Sequence record: LR756511.1
Strand: one strand, 5' to 3'
DNA: 64,000 bases
Part shown: positions 1 through 9,299 of the stretch, piece by piece
Numbering within the stretch: the stretch's first letter is position 1
How the letters are laid out: each line of letters starts with the position of its first letter
Position numbers and translations under genes: made by a program
The notes under the pieces: model-generated
Told to the model about the DNA's origin: nothing
Databases searched by the model: none
What the model saw: only the letters and a program-made list of their open reading frames with translations

Positions 1-6
1 CAACGC

Positions 7-267
7 TCAGCTTGAGCTTATATTCAGCGATATAGATGAATTCACGCCACTTGCGCGACCCATCCGTTTGTTCAGGACCACACTTCTGAAATTGAAGAAT
101 GCCCTTATCAAACATAATTGCGGCACTATCAAACTTGGTGCCAGGGGGTGTTTGCCAACCTGAACCTTAAGGACAGGATTATAAAAAATCATGCACTCAA
201 TGTCGCCATCCCACTCTTCCCAATCAAAAATTTGGCACTCAATGGTCTGCTTTTCGGTTGCATTCAT
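7..267 (-). CDS. Hypothetical phage protein
   Basis: ORF with AAGGAG SD 5' of ATG 267; CAGCTGTAC motif 36 nt upstream. Confidence 0.6.
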   Translation of the reverse strand: MNATEKQTIECQIFDWEEWDGDIECMIFYNPVLKVQVGKHPLAPSLIVPQLCLIRAFFNFRSVVLNKRMGRASGVNSSISLNISSS

Positions 268-303
268 GGTATCTCCTTTGTTTTCTTCGTTCATTCGTTG
301 TTT

Positions 304-312
304 GTACAGCTG
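304..312 (-). promoter_or_regulatory. CAGCTGTAC motif copy 1
   Basis: Exact 9-mer, intergenic, context AAATTCCCAGCTGTACAAAC. Confidence 0.7.
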
Positions 313-331
313 GGAATTTGTGTTCTAGGAC

Positions 332-337
332 TAGATA
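332..337 (+). promoter_or_regulatory. Late-type TANATA box (TAGATA)
   Basis: 5 nt before ATG 343, no SD. Confidence 0.6.
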
Positions 338-342
338 GAAGT

Positions 343-717
343 ATGTTAAACTTCAAAGAATATTGCGAGGCTATGGCTGGCGGTAGAGCAGATGTTTATA
401 AGATCAGACATGATCTACCCTCTAGTGTGGCTGCACCGCCACCACAAATGGGACAAAGAAGCAAGCCATTGGAAGACACTCTTGATTATTCAAAGTTAAA
501 AGCTAGCGATATTGGCAAATATGAAAACGCTTTAACAGCAATCGCCAATTCAATTGTTGCCCCACCTTCTTTTGCTCCTAAGCCTACCAAGATGGGAGAA
601 ATAAGGGAGTTAGAACCAGCCGACATTGCTGCAACTCACGCAAAGGCAGCAATGGCATGGCTAGGTAATTATGCTAGGTATCGCGCAACATCGCATTTGC
701 GCTATGGTACTTATTAA
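343..717 (+). CDS. Small protein with capsid-targeting-like N-terminus (MLNFKEYCE)
   Basis: Start reassigned from track start 118 to ATG 343; the extension overlaps the opposite-strand gene. Confidence 0.6.
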   Translation: MLNFKEYCEAMAGGRADVYKIRHDLPSSVAAPPPQMGQRSKPLEDTLDYSKLKASDIGKYENALTAIANSIVAPPSFAPKPTKMGEIRELEPADIAATHAKAAMAWLGNYARYRATSHLRYGTY

Positions 718-901
718 CGCTTAAACTATAGAACACGTAGGTCGAACCAGTCGTCAGCATTTGCTGTATATTTGGCGAGTGTTGGATTGTTTGGCCACCA
801 ATGACAAAAATACCTTAATGCGTGCCGCTAAGTATGCTGGAATTGATGAAAAGGATTTGGATGCAGCAATTCGCGCATTGGGGAATAGAATTATGCATAG
901 C

Positions 902-1294
902 TTAACGCTCCACCTTCTGTCTCATAATGCCATATTCTTCGTAATTTGGTTCGCCGTTTATAAGCCTAGTAGGTCCACCAAATGTAAATTCAACCTTATG
1001 TAAAGTTTTAACGCCTTGAGTATTGGTAATACGAAATGTTACATTTAACTGGACTTTCTCAAAAAGGCACCCGTCGCAATAACGATATTCCTTTTCCTTG
1101 AAATCCACTTGGTTAGGATCGTCAAAATGATTGTCAATCCATTCCATCACCTTTTCCATATACTTCTTGTCTTCCTCTTCGGACATATCATACTTCTTAT
1201 AAGTATAATCACGCCCCTTTACAGGCATCGTATCTGGCTCTTTTTCATATTTACAACCCGCAAACACCAACATAATTAAAGCTAGCTTTCTCAT
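902..1294 (-). CDS. Putative lipoprotein
   Basis: MRKLALIMLVFAGC signal peptide with lipobox-like Cys. Confidence 0.55.
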   Translation of the reverse strand: MRKLALIMLVFAGCKYEKEPDTMPVKGRDYTYKKYDMSEEEDKKYMEKVMEWIDNHFDDPNQVDFKEKEYRYCDGCLFEKVQLNVTFRITNTQGVKTLHKVEFTFGGPTRLINGEPNYEEYGIMRQKVER

Positions 1295-1614
1295 ACATAC
1301 ACCGTCCTGTAATAATGGGAAACAGGCATACATCCCAACGCCGTCAGTAATGCCTTTATATCTTCACGATTAAAAACAACAACATCTTCCATCCACCTCC
1401 ACCGATATCCGCATCGAGCAAATCTCCTAAAAGGAATCAATTCGCTAGGCAACCTTGTACGTAAAGCTACTATCTGTTCGTATTTGGCGAACAGATAGCA
1501 GTATGGTTTACCGATTTCGCGTTGGCAAAAGCCACGTTCCTCAATATAATCGCACATAACTAGCAATTCATCTATTGGAACGGACTTTGGCTTACGTGGT
1601 TTAACCTTTATCAT
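1291..1614 (-). CDS. Hypothetical protein
   Basis: ORF track; 4-nt overlaps with both neighbours. Confidence 0.55.
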   Translation of the reverse strand: MIKVKPRKPKSVPIDELLVMCDYIEERGFCQREIGKPYCYLFAKYEQIVALRTRLPSELIPFRRFARCGYRWRWMEDVVVFNREDIKALLTALGCMPVSHYYRTVYV

Positions 1615-2576
1615 TTCACTTTAAACCCAAGCTCTCTCATTCTGTTTCTATCCCAAAGTTCAGAATTAGGGTATAATAAATGAAACTCGTCCCATTTATC
1701 CTTCGATATTTGTTGCCTCCACCATCCTTTAATCTCTACATAAAGGTCTTTATCTTTTAAATAAAGATCGCAGTAATAGGTTCCGCAACTCAAATTAAAT
1801 GCCACTTGCCAATCGAAATCAATTTTGTTTGCATTCAAATATTCTACCACTTGCTTCTCGTACCCACCACAGCAAAATAGTTGGTCGCCCGTTTTCCAAT
1901 GTGTAAATTTGCATGTTTTGCGTGCGCTTTGTTTGCTTTTTACCAGAAATTCTCTTTTCAGCATTACATGCTCAACGCCGTATCGTTCTAAGCAAGTTTG
2001 CTTTCGTTTTTCTTTGGCCCGTTCATAACAGCCGTATCCCACAAAAATTGAATTAGGAGTTGTTTCGAACTCTCCGTAATCCCGATCTATAAATTTGCAT
2101 TTTATCTGAGTGTCCACAAAACTATCTTCTACAATTGTAAGCTCTGGCGGTAGTCGAGTCTTAATTTCCTCAAGAGTTAATAGACTGCCGCCACGCTTTT
2201 CGGTTAACTGTCTCTTCCTGTGTTTTTTGAATTTCAACACGTCTCTTGGTTTTGCAATAAATTCCCCATAATCAGCATCAATAAATGTTGCTTCATTTTG
2301 TAGTGAAGTATATGTTTCTTCTTTGATTTTTAAGTATAAAGGCAAACGACTGGCTAGTTCCGCCACGGTCGTTGTCGCACTTTCAGCCTGCTTCTTAATT
2401 CCTCGTTTTCTATGTCCGTGCCCCTTCCACACATCCTTTGGCACCGCCCAAAACTCACCATACTCATTGTCAATGAATTTTGCCTTTTTATGCGTGTTTA
2501 CATAAGTGGATTCGTCTAGCGTAATAAAAGACGGCAAACGTTGTTTTGCTTTGTCAATCGAAATTGGTTTTTTCAA
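1611..2576 (-). CDS. Putative homing endonuclease (repeated DNA-binding modules + PD-(D/E)xK nuclease)
   Basis: Three FIDxxYGEFxxxP repeats, KQTCLERYGVEH segment, C-terminal CDLYLKDKDLYVEIKG; TTG start with GGAGAG SD. Confidence 0.75.
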   Translation of the reverse strand: MKKPISIDKAKQRLPSFITLDESTYVNTHKKAKFIDNEYGEFWAVPKDVWKGHGHRKRGIKKQAESATTTVAELASRLPLYLKIKEETYTSLQNEATFIDADYGEFIAKPRDVLKFKKHRKRQLTEKRGGSLLTLEEIKTRLPPELTIVEDSFVDTQIKCKFIDRDYGEFETTPNSIFVGYGCYERAKEKRKQTCLERYGVEHVMLKREFLVKSKQSARKTCKFTHWKTGDQLFCCGGYEKQVVEYLNANKIDFDWQVAFNLSCGTYYCDLYLKDKDLYVEIKGWWRQQISKDKWDEFHLLYPNSELWDRNRMRELGFKVK

Positions 2577-2577
2577 A

Positions 2578-2618
2578 TTACTCTCCTATATGTATTGGTG
2601 ATACATATAGGAGAGTAA
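2578..2618. promoter_or_regulatory. Perfect 18-bp inverted repeat covering the endonuclease SD
   Basis: TTACTCTCCTATATGTAT-tggtg-ATACATATAGGAGAGTAA. Confidence 0.85.
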
Positions 2619-2624
2619 AAGGTT

Positions 2625-3752
2625 TTAATAGTTCGGGTTAATTATTTTTAATTTAACCCTACCAACTCGTTCATCCCATCGTTCCTTGACAGGAGTAACG
2701 ACGATGCCCTCAGCAATATGGTGCGTAAAATCTCGCATCTGACTGTTTCTGTTAGCCATTACAATCAGTTTGTCGAAATCAAACGCCATATTCTCTTCAA
2801 TTACAGGAACATGCGGAATTTCATACTTATTACAAGTCGCAAGAAAGTCAGGAAAATCCATCCACGTTCCGTCAGGCTTTAATATATCAAAACAAGCAAA
2901 GGTATGCTTGCCTTTACAGCCAAAATCCCATCCTTTTACCATACCATACGCCTCTCCGTAAAGCGTATGGTTCGGATTTGCCACGCAGAATTCCCGAATT
3001 GCAGGAGTATTCTCCAGAACGATCCACCAAAGATTCTTCTTTGGTTGCCAATTCTGAATCTTAACCATTGCCCGCTCAGCCTTCTCTTGAGCCTTTTCTG
3101 GTTCTTTTCCTGTTTTAAAATGGGCAATCAGTTCTTCCATCGTTGCCGTAGGCTTCGTGGGGTATTCACGCTTCCATTCATCGCGGGAACCACAGAAAAG
3201 CTCTCCATCCTTAAAAAGATATTTTGAGGATGCTCCGTGAATCTTCTCAGTTACAGCAACTTGCTCCCCATCAATATAAACCATCCGCCCCCATTTAAGA
3301 AAAGCGTCTACGTCATATTTCGGATAAATGCCAGAAGGCGGCTTAGTCGCTTCCCCGCCAGTCAGGAAATGCGAAGCCTCAATTGCTGGTTGCCAATGTT
3401 CAACCCCCAACTTATCAGCAATATTATCCCCAACCTTAGACCCAGCGGGAGCGGGGACTAACAGCCCATATGAAACATAACCGCGAAGTTTTTCAGTCCT
3501 AATACGAACCTTGCCATCCTTAGCCTTGGGAGCAAGAAAAGCAAATTCTGGCCTACTTACATCTACTTCGCTATCTGGCGGAACCCATGCGGCAAGATCG
3601 CCTACCTTCCATGCGCTTAATTGAACGCAAGAGGAATAATCATAAATATCGACTAACCCAAGTTTATCGGCATTGGGGTGAGTTCGAATCTCTTTAATTT
3701 CCAGAACTTCAACCTTATGGGTTGACTTCTCCACTGTCATTGTGCTTTCCAT
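2625..3752 (-). CDS. RNA ligase, DRB0094/Rnl2-like family with N-terminal OB fold
   Basis: HPNADKL and WKVGDLAAWVPPDS OB region; TEKIHG motif I, LYGEAYG, FACFDI, EGIVV, LKIIN. Confidence 0.85.
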   Translation of the reverse strand: MESTMTVEKSTHKVEVLEIKEIRTHPNADKLGLVDIYDYSSCVQLSAWKVGDLAAWVPPDSEVDVSRPEFAFLAPKAKDGKVRIRTEKLRGYVSYGLLVPAPAGSKVGDNIADKLGVEHWQPAIEASHFLTGGEATKPPSGIYPKYDVDAFLKWGRMVYIDGEQVAVTEKIHGASSKYLFKDGELFCGSRDEWKREYPTKPTATMEELIAHFKTGKEPEKAQEKAERAMVKIQNWQPKKNLWWIVLENTPAIREFCVANPNHTLYGEAYGMVKGWDFGCKGKHTFACFDILKPDGTWMDFPDFLATCNKYEIPHVPVIEENMAFDFDKLIVMANRNSQMRDFTHHIAEGIVVTPVKERWDERVGRVKLKIINPNY

Positions 3753-4200
3753 TACTTCCCTCATTAAAGTTAAAGCCTTTCCAGCGTTCTTTTTGTTCCT
3801 TTGTTGCGTACAGCTGGAATTCCGCATAGGAGGCTGGATGTTCCGTATAGCCGCTATAATACAGCCACGGAACCCCATAATTGTCTACAATCTTAGTTGT
3901 AGCTTCACCTTTGTCTAATGCGTCTTCTAGCCTATCGGCACAATCTACTAATTCCCTATGCAATTCACTATTTTGTCCGTCAATGCAAGGGATGCGACAC
4001 CTACGCAACCGCGATGCAACTTCACTCGCCGCTTCACGCAATACTTCTATTTCGGTATCACGCATCAACAAGCTTTTGACACAATCCGCTTCCATCTGGT
4101 TCAGGGTTTCTTGCGACAATCCTGAATTTTCTAGCAACATTGTGCCTTGCGTCATGCCGACAAGGAACTTTGCTTTTTCTATCGCTTCTTTAATGGTCAT
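3715..4200 (-). CDS. Hypothetical protein
   Basis: ORF track; carries CAGCTGTAC copy 2 at 3808-3816. Confidence 0.55.
   Translation of the reverse strand: MTIKEAIEKAKFLVGMTQGTMLLENSGLSQETLNQMEADCVKSLLMRDTEIEVLREAASEVASRLRRCRIPCIDGQNSELHRELVDCADRLEDALDKGEATTKIVDNYGVPWLYYSGYTEHPASYAEFQLYATKEQKERWKGFNFNEGSNGKHNDSGEVNP
3808..3816 (-). promoter_or_regulatory. CAGCTGTAC motif copy 2
   Basis: Exact 9-mer 55 nt upstream of the RNA ligase ATG, inside the preceding ORF. Confidence 0.55.
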
Positions 4201-4250
4201 GACTTAATCCTTAACCCCATATTTGCGAACAGTGACCAAAATCAACCTCT

Positions 4251-4598
4251 TTAGGGCGCAATGCCTTCATCATAGCTGTAATCATATTCGCCAGTTTTTT
4301 CATTGAAACCCTTCATTTCTTCTACCCAATCCAAGTATGCCTTGGATGGTTCACCAGTGGAAATTCGATATTCTTTGGTTCCATTCTCCCAACGTGCCTG
4401 AACCACCTTAACAGGAGTTCCATTAAGGATTCTGGAAACTTGATCTAAAACCCAAAGCTTATGATGAGCGCCGTCAGTTTGCCCATAACGACCAATAAAT
4501 TCCATCGCCCATTCCTTCGGGCCAAATCCCTCAAACGGTGTTCCAACCAAAGATTCGACAGGAAACGTACCAAGATAACCGTGCATTTTAGTCTCCAA
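4251..4598 (-). CDS. Hypothetical phage protein
   Basis: GGAG SD; YGQTDGAHHKLWVLDQV segment. Confidence 0.65.
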   Translation of the reverse strand: METKMHGYLGTFPVESLVGTPFEGFGPKEWAMEFIGRYGQTDGAHHKLWVLDQVSRILNGTPVKVVQARWENGTKEYRISTGEPSKAYLDWVEEMKGFNEKTGEYDYSYDEGIAP

Positions 4599-4639
4599 AT
4601 AATGTTGCGTAATTTGCTCGGAAACGATATTTTGTTGCC

Positions 4640-4912
4640 ATGTATAACATACTACTTATTTTCATAATAACAGTATCATTGATCGACCAATACTGTCTAG
4701 TCCATTACGTCAGTTATGAAACTGAACTTAACCCTATTGGGAAAGCTTTGATAGCATTCGGCGGGGTGCCATTGTTTGCTCTTGCTAAAGCAGGAGGTAC
4801 AGCTCTAGTAGCATGGCTGTTACTTAGATTTAGACATGCTAAGTTTGCCATGCCAGTTGTGGTTATTTTAGCGGTATTCCAGCTTTGGTTGCTTTTCTTT
4901 ATGCTGTATTAG
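4640..4912 (+). CDS. Small membrane protein, DUF5658-like
   Basis: Hydrophobic helices with D...ELNP...K pattern. Confidence 0.55.
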   Translation: MYNILLIFIITVSLIDQYCLVHYVSYETELNPIGKALIAFGGVPLFALAKAGGTALVAWLLLRFRHAKFAMPVVVILAVFQLWLLFFMLY

Positions 4913-4959
4913 ATATCACCCGAATCACCGATGTTTTAATCATTTATATATTATAATTC

Positions 4960-5841
4960 TTACATTCTTTGCCGTTGTAACCACCAAATAGACGCGCCAG
5001 CATCAAATGAGACAAGCAATGCTAAGGGAATTTCAAAATTACCCAACCAATTACGGGCGCATGTAAAAACAAACACAACCAAGACGATTATTGCTTGCGC
5101 AAATATTAGATACATTTTAGTAGTCGTTTTGAGGCTCATTGTCATCACCTAGCATAACCCTAAGTTGTCTATCAAGCTCCATTTCCTCTTCCCGCGTCAT
5201 TAATACAGGCGGAATCGCTTCAAACTGGATCGCTACATCACCGTCTATATCAACGGTTTGGCACTTAAAGCGACGGTTTTCATAAATGCCATGCTCAGCT
5301 AACTTGTCAGCTTCGTAACGCCCCCAAAGGGTATCGCCATGCTCACTTTTCAAGGTTACATAAGCAATACCATTACGAATTCCATCTACAAATCCTTCAA
5401 ACCGTTCTAGCACTTCCATGTTAGTCCTGTTCGTAAGTGACCATTTGCCCGTTATTGAACACCTTGAGCATATAGTAGCGGCATTTGTCGTCTAGTTCGT
5501 TCTCCTTTAGATACTCGATTTGATCCATCGCCTCTTCTGCTGTCTTATAAGGGCGAACCGTGTCCCCATCCTGTCCAAACTTAATCAAATCCTGTTGGGG
5601 GGTTACTTCAACCGCCCACCACCCCACAACCTTCGGTCGAGCCTTCTTAATCTTAGTCATTCCAAAATCCTTCCAATTGTTCATCATATGGAGAATAGGC
5701 TTCGTCCATATGAGAAGTATAATTAGGCCACACATAACCCTTGCAGAAACTAATAACGTCTTGATTTCCTGAGTCTTTTGCAGCCTCAAGAATCTTTTTA
5801 AATTCCTGCGCCGTCAGCCAGTGTTGCGTTTCGCTTATCAT
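4960..5841 (-). CDS. Block of four short hypothetical ORFs (4960-5148, 5117-5419, 5421-5660, 5653-5841)
   Basis: Tightly packed co-directional ORFs; starts approximate. Confidence 0.5.
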
Positions 5842-7219
5842 ACCCATTAGCAATCTCCTGCAACCATCGCTGAACAATGAGACGGAACAAGTAATCCTGC
5901 AAATCTCGGCTCATATCGGTGGCGCCCGTCGTATGGTGTGCTACCTCTTCCAATGCCGCCTTGAGAAGCATCGGACTCATCACGCCGATATCCGTATGAT
6001 AATAGACGGTCTTATCCTTATACCGTCCCAACACCTGTCCTTCGCCCGACATAATGCTCACGAATCCCTTAACGACAGGCTTTTCGCGGCCATTAAGCAA
6101 ATTCATTTCGGCAAGGAAATCCCAAACCATTTCCGTAGCCACAACCATATCAGGCGTCGGATCGCAAACATTAAAGCCATCGCGTTCCAGCCCGCTCAGA
6201 ACTTCATTCTGAGTCGCAACGCCATTCTTTTCGAGCGCCTGGAACCAGTTACCTTCGATAACGACAGGCTTAAATCCCTTCCCCTTAACAAACTCATTAA
6301 TCGGATTCTTGCCAGAGCAAAGAACCGAATTATCGCCCGCCGCTACCTTGAAAGCGGCCTGGAAACGTCCCTTACGTTCCGCCTTCTTATCTTCGGAATC
6401 GTATTCGTTGAACAAAGCAGAACTATCCAAATTGCTCTCAAAGACCTTCTTGCCTTCAATTTGAGCATTCAGAACCTTCACCAAATCCCCAGCGTCTGCA
6501 TTACTAATCGCCTTTGCACACGCCCAGCGGACATCCCAATATTGAGCATTACGAGATTCGTCCAGCGTCAATTCGCTACCCAAATTGTAGTCGAAAACGC
6601 TATCCTCGTCTACCTTACAAACCAGAACACCGTTCTTGTAAATCAGCGTTCCCTTATCCCTGAGCTTAGGCAGAAGCTTCTTATTGAGCAAGTGAGAATT
6701 CGAAAGATGAAGGAACAGAGTTCCAGCCACATCCCAGCATTCCTGCACTTCGGGAACCAACGGAAGGAAGACGGCGGTATAACCAGCCTTTGCACGCGGC
6801 TTATCCACAACCTCAATTTCAATGTCCTTATGGGTGCCACCAGAGATGATAGCTCCATCAATGGCATTAGCAACAAATTCGCGGAATGCCATCGTTAACT
6901 TCGTCCAATCCTGAACGCCCCACTGGAGAGTAAATCCAAGGTCTTTGGGAGCCTTTGCGCCATTCCTAACGCAAACCTGATCGAATCGCTGCCCCTTGAC
7001 AAACATAGGCTTGCTAAAGAATTCAAGCTTGTCATTAGTGCCGCAATAAATGGTGACAGGAATGTTCTTGCGGAGGAAAAGCGCTACGGCATTCTTGCTA
7101 CCAGAACCATATTGGCCGATAGTGCCAGATTGACCAGCATCGCGGGTAGTGGAAACGCCCAAAAGGGTGAACGCGGCGGCATCGGCAACACCAGGATTGC
7201 GGATCATCAGGTAAGACAT
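5798..7219 (-). CDS. GHKL/HSP90-like ATPase with C-terminal zincin-like motif
   Basis: LGVSTTR...IGQYGSGSK lid, REFVANAIDG N-box, C-terminal LEEVAHH. Confidence 0.65.
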   Translation of the reverse strand: MSYLMIRNPGVADAAAFTLLGVSTTRDAGQSGTIGQYGSGSKNAVALFLRKNIPVTIYCGTNDKLEFFSKPMFVKGQRFDQVCVRNGAKAPKDLGFTLQWGVQDWTKLTMAFREFVANAIDGAIISGGTHKDIEIEVVDKPRAKAGYTAVFLPLVPEVQECWDVAGTLFLHLSNSHLLNKKLLPKLRDKGTLIYKNGVLVCKVDEDSVFDYNLGSELTLDESRNAQYWDVRWACAKAISNADAGDLVKVLNAQIEGKKVFESNLDSSALFNEYDSEDKKAERKGRFQAAFKVAAGDNSVLCSGKNPINEFVKGKGFKPVVIEGNWFQALEKNGVATQNEVLSGLERDGFNVCDPTPDMVVATEMVWDFLAEMNLLNGREKPVVKGFVSIMSGEGQVLGRYKDKTVYYHTDIGVMSPMLLKAALEEVAHHTTGATDMSRDLQDYLFRLIVQRWLQEIANGYDKRNATLADGAGI

Positions 7220-7258
7220 GATATTCTCCGTTGGTTTTGGTTTCGTCTGGTGTTGTTA

Positions 7259-7267
7259 GTACAGCTG
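7259..7267 (-). promoter_or_regulatory. CAGCTGTAC motif copy 3
   Basis: Exact 9-mer 39 nt upstream of ATG 7219, followed by an A/C-rich leader and GGAG. Confidence 0.7.
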
Positions 7268-7269
7268 CA

Positions 7270-7419
7270 TCATTGATAGTTCAGCATGTAGACCTGATAA
7301 TTAGTGAGTCTATCAGGGTCCATACGCCGTTGTTCTGCCAATACCTGAATCTTCATAGGAAGATTCGGGCTAACGCGACACAAGCCAGCGATAATCTCAC
7401 GCTCTGTTTTAAGCTTCAT
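7270..7419 (-). CDS. 49-aa ORF not in track (MKLKTEREII...)
   Basis: AAGG SD, ATG 7419, TGA 7270. Confidence 0.45.
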   Translation of the reverse strand: MKLKTEREIIAGLCRVSPNLPMKIQVLAEQRRMDPDRLTNYQVYMLNYQ

Positions 7420-7440
7420 TTTTTACCTTAATTTCGTGGT

Positions 7441-7547
7441 CGGTGTCCTGTTTCGATTAGACGATGCCCGCCACTGGCAATAGGGTTACGCTCTTATAGG
7501 CTCTGTCCGTCTATGTGGCTGGCTACGGCGTTGGCCTACTCCCCTAT
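7441..7547 (-). ncRNA. Candidate structured RNA or leader
   Basis: Nested helices ATAGGG/CCCTAT, GTAGGC/GCCTAT, CCGT/ACGG, then a tRNA-5'-like segment; no family recognised. Confidence 0.3.
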
Positions 7548-7882
7548 GTCTCCGATCTGATTCCGTTTGTACAGCTGCAATCTGCCGCGTGTGCTAGCTC
7601 TGGACTAGAGTTTATTCTATGGAATAACTCTTCTGGCGAGTAGCCTGGAAAAGATTTGCCTGTCGCATGAAGATGTTCCGCCTTCCAATGACAGCCCTTG
7701 ACGATATCACAAAGCGTTATGCCGTTTTCTTTTACATAACCGCCATTGGGGAAGCAAGATCGGTCAATAATGTGGTGGCAATCCAGCTTGCAATCATTTC
7801 TACCACACATGACGCAGCGGTAGCCGTCCCGCTCAAACACGGCGGTTCGAAATGCTTCACGGACTTCCTTCTTGTTCTTCAT
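7544..7882 (-). CDS. HNH endonuclease
   Basis: VFERDGYRCVMCG, CHHI, NGITLC...CH. Confidence 0.85.
   Translation of the reverse strand: MKNKKEVREAFRTAVFERDGYRCVMCGRNDCKLDCHHIIDRSCFPNGGYVKENGITLCDIVKGCHWKAEHLHATGKSFPGYSPEELFHRINSSPELAHAADCSCTNGIRSET
7569..7577 (-). promoter_or_regulatory. CAGCTGTAC motif copy 4
   Basis: Exact 9-mer in the HNH 3' end, just upstream of the structured segment. Confidence 0.55.
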
Positions 7883-8078
7883 GCCTTGGCCTTATGCAAT
7901 ACTTTCTATCCTCTGGCGGTATTTGATCCCACGGCACATGGGGATGAAACATCTCGCCATACTTAAAATACTCTTCAAACGAATCAAAACCGCCAAATGC
8001 CAATCGACGTAATCCTTGTGTTACGTCGATTGATTTGAACAATTCATCTAATTCTTTTTTAACTTCGTCGTCTGTCAT
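7857..8078 (-). CDS. Hypothetical protein
   Basis: ORF track. Confidence 0.5.
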   Translation of the reverse strand: MTDDEVKKELDELFKSIDVTQGLRRLAFGGFDSFEEYFKYGEMFHPHVPWDQIPPEDRKYCIRPRHEEQEGSP

Positions 8079-8088
8079 TTGTATTGTC

Positions 8089-8751
8089 TCATCTGCCCGC
8101 TATTGGATAAGTCATACCAATTCCTAATGGGTAGGACTCATACAATAGATCACCGTAAACCTCTTTCTCAACCGAAGCCCACAATGGATTATTTTTGTAA
8201 ATAATCTTTATTTCGTCGGAAGTCCAATATTTACTTATTTCATGATCGTAGCTATTAAAGTCTTTAACATGGATTGGTTCTAACATTTCCTTTATTTGCT
8301 GGCGTGAATAATCCACCCAATCTACAATAAAGTCTGTAAAATCTTCTAATATATTTTCACATCGTAGCCATTTTGAAATTTTAAGCTTACGGTCGCCAAA
8401 GGATGTCATTGCTAACAAAGTGGTATCGGCATAAGTAGAATAATCAATATTTGAATTGTCAGGGTTGGTTTTTTCAAGAATGTCTTTTTTAAAATCAATT
8501 ATATTTGCCCCATCATAATTTATCTTATGGTGAACGACGCTAAGAATCAGCGATGGCAGTCTTCTTATATTAAGAAGTAAAATCCTTGAATCGTCAATAT
8601 TGCGCATCGCAAAATAATCATGCTTATTTGGAAGACCAAGATTATCAATCTCTAATTTCAACTGAGTTTGAAATTGTGAGAAATACGCATGAGTAATATC
8701 GCCGCCAGTTTTCGGAATATGTCCCCATGCAAGCCTATCTGAAATGACCAT
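8089..8751 (-). CDS. Sulfotransferase-like protein
   Basis: N-terminal GHIPKTGG 5'-PSB-like loop, NIRRLPS segment, late Y...I..IY pattern. Confidence 0.6.
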   Translation of the reverse strand: MVISDRLAWGHIPKTGGDITHAYFSQFQTQLKLEIDNLGLPNKHDYFAMRNIDDSRILLLNIRRLPSLILSVVHHKINYDGANIIDFKKDILEKTNPDNSNIDYSTYADTTLLAMTSFGDRKLKISKWLRCENILEDFTDFIVDWVDYSRQQIKEMLEPIHVKDFNSYDHEISKYWTSDEIKIIYKNNPLWASVEKEVYGDLLYESYPLGIGMTYPIAGR

Positions 8752-8764
8752 AAGCTATAAATAG

Positions 8765-9001
8765 TTATTTTGTATACAATCCACCAATATATCCAGCTAC
8801 ACCACTACAAAAACACGCCCATAATCCCATCATGCCGCCGTTCCAAGCGGCATAAAACCATCCTGAAAGGATCACAAATATAATAGCAACCTTAATTAAG
8901 GTTCGCTTATTTGCTTCTGCGAAGCCAAGGGCGAGTTGTCCATTAGCCTTCACAGCAGACCCAACCGCATGAAGGGATTCATTAAGCTTTTGAGTATCCA
9001 T
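8765..9001 (-). CDS. Small membrane protein
   Basis: Two hydrophobic segments. Confidence 0.55.
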   Translation of the reverse strand: MDTQKLNESLHAVGSAVKANGQLALGFAEANKRTLIKVAIIFVILSGWFYAAWNGGMMGLWACFCSGVAGYIGGLYTK

Positions 9002-9003
9002 AC

Positions 9004-9293
9004 TTATTCCTCATCCAGTTTCATGTTATCGACAAGTTTTGCCAGCACTTCCTTTAAAAACTTTCGCCCCATACCCTCGTCATCACACCGAAGCGTTCCA
9101 TCCTTCTTAACCCATACTGACATTTCACCAAAACCAGCACTTTTTGTTCCCCAACGAACAATAAAGTCGCCTCTACGACCGTAAAATCAGGGTTTGCCAT
9201 ATTAATGCGAGCTAACGCATTAGGATTGGCAAATTCTATTCTGCCTTCTTTTGCGCATTTGCGAATGATTTGGCTAGCTTCTTCTGGCGTCAT
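9004..9293 (-). pseudogene. Hypothetical phage gene with apparent 1-nt frameshift (or sequence error)
   Basis: Adding one T to the T4 run (plus strand 9183-9186) joins MTPEEAS...NPDF to YGRRGDFIVRWGTKSAGFGEM...KLDEE*; 290 nt. Confidence 0.5.
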
Positions 9294-9299
9294 ATAGCA

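Noticed and set aside
118-342. N-terminal extension of the 118-717 ORF
   Set aside because: Antisense to the gene at 7-267; late box and N-terminal motif support ATG 343
718-1003. ORF 761-1003 as a separate gene or a broken continuation of 343-717
   Set aside because: Part reads like protein (LMRAAKYAGIDEKDLDAAIRAL) but it has no SD or box, overlaps the opposite gene and needs more than one lesion to join; unresolved
5933-6898. Long plus-strand ORF (also 15079-16203 and 34213-34968)
   Set aside because: Antisense shadows of well-supported minus-strand genes, with no motifs or initiation signals
7441-7471. Complete tRNA or tmRNA gene
   Set aside because: No anticodon stem, T-loop or matching 3' acceptor strand nearby; kept only as part of a candidate structured RNA
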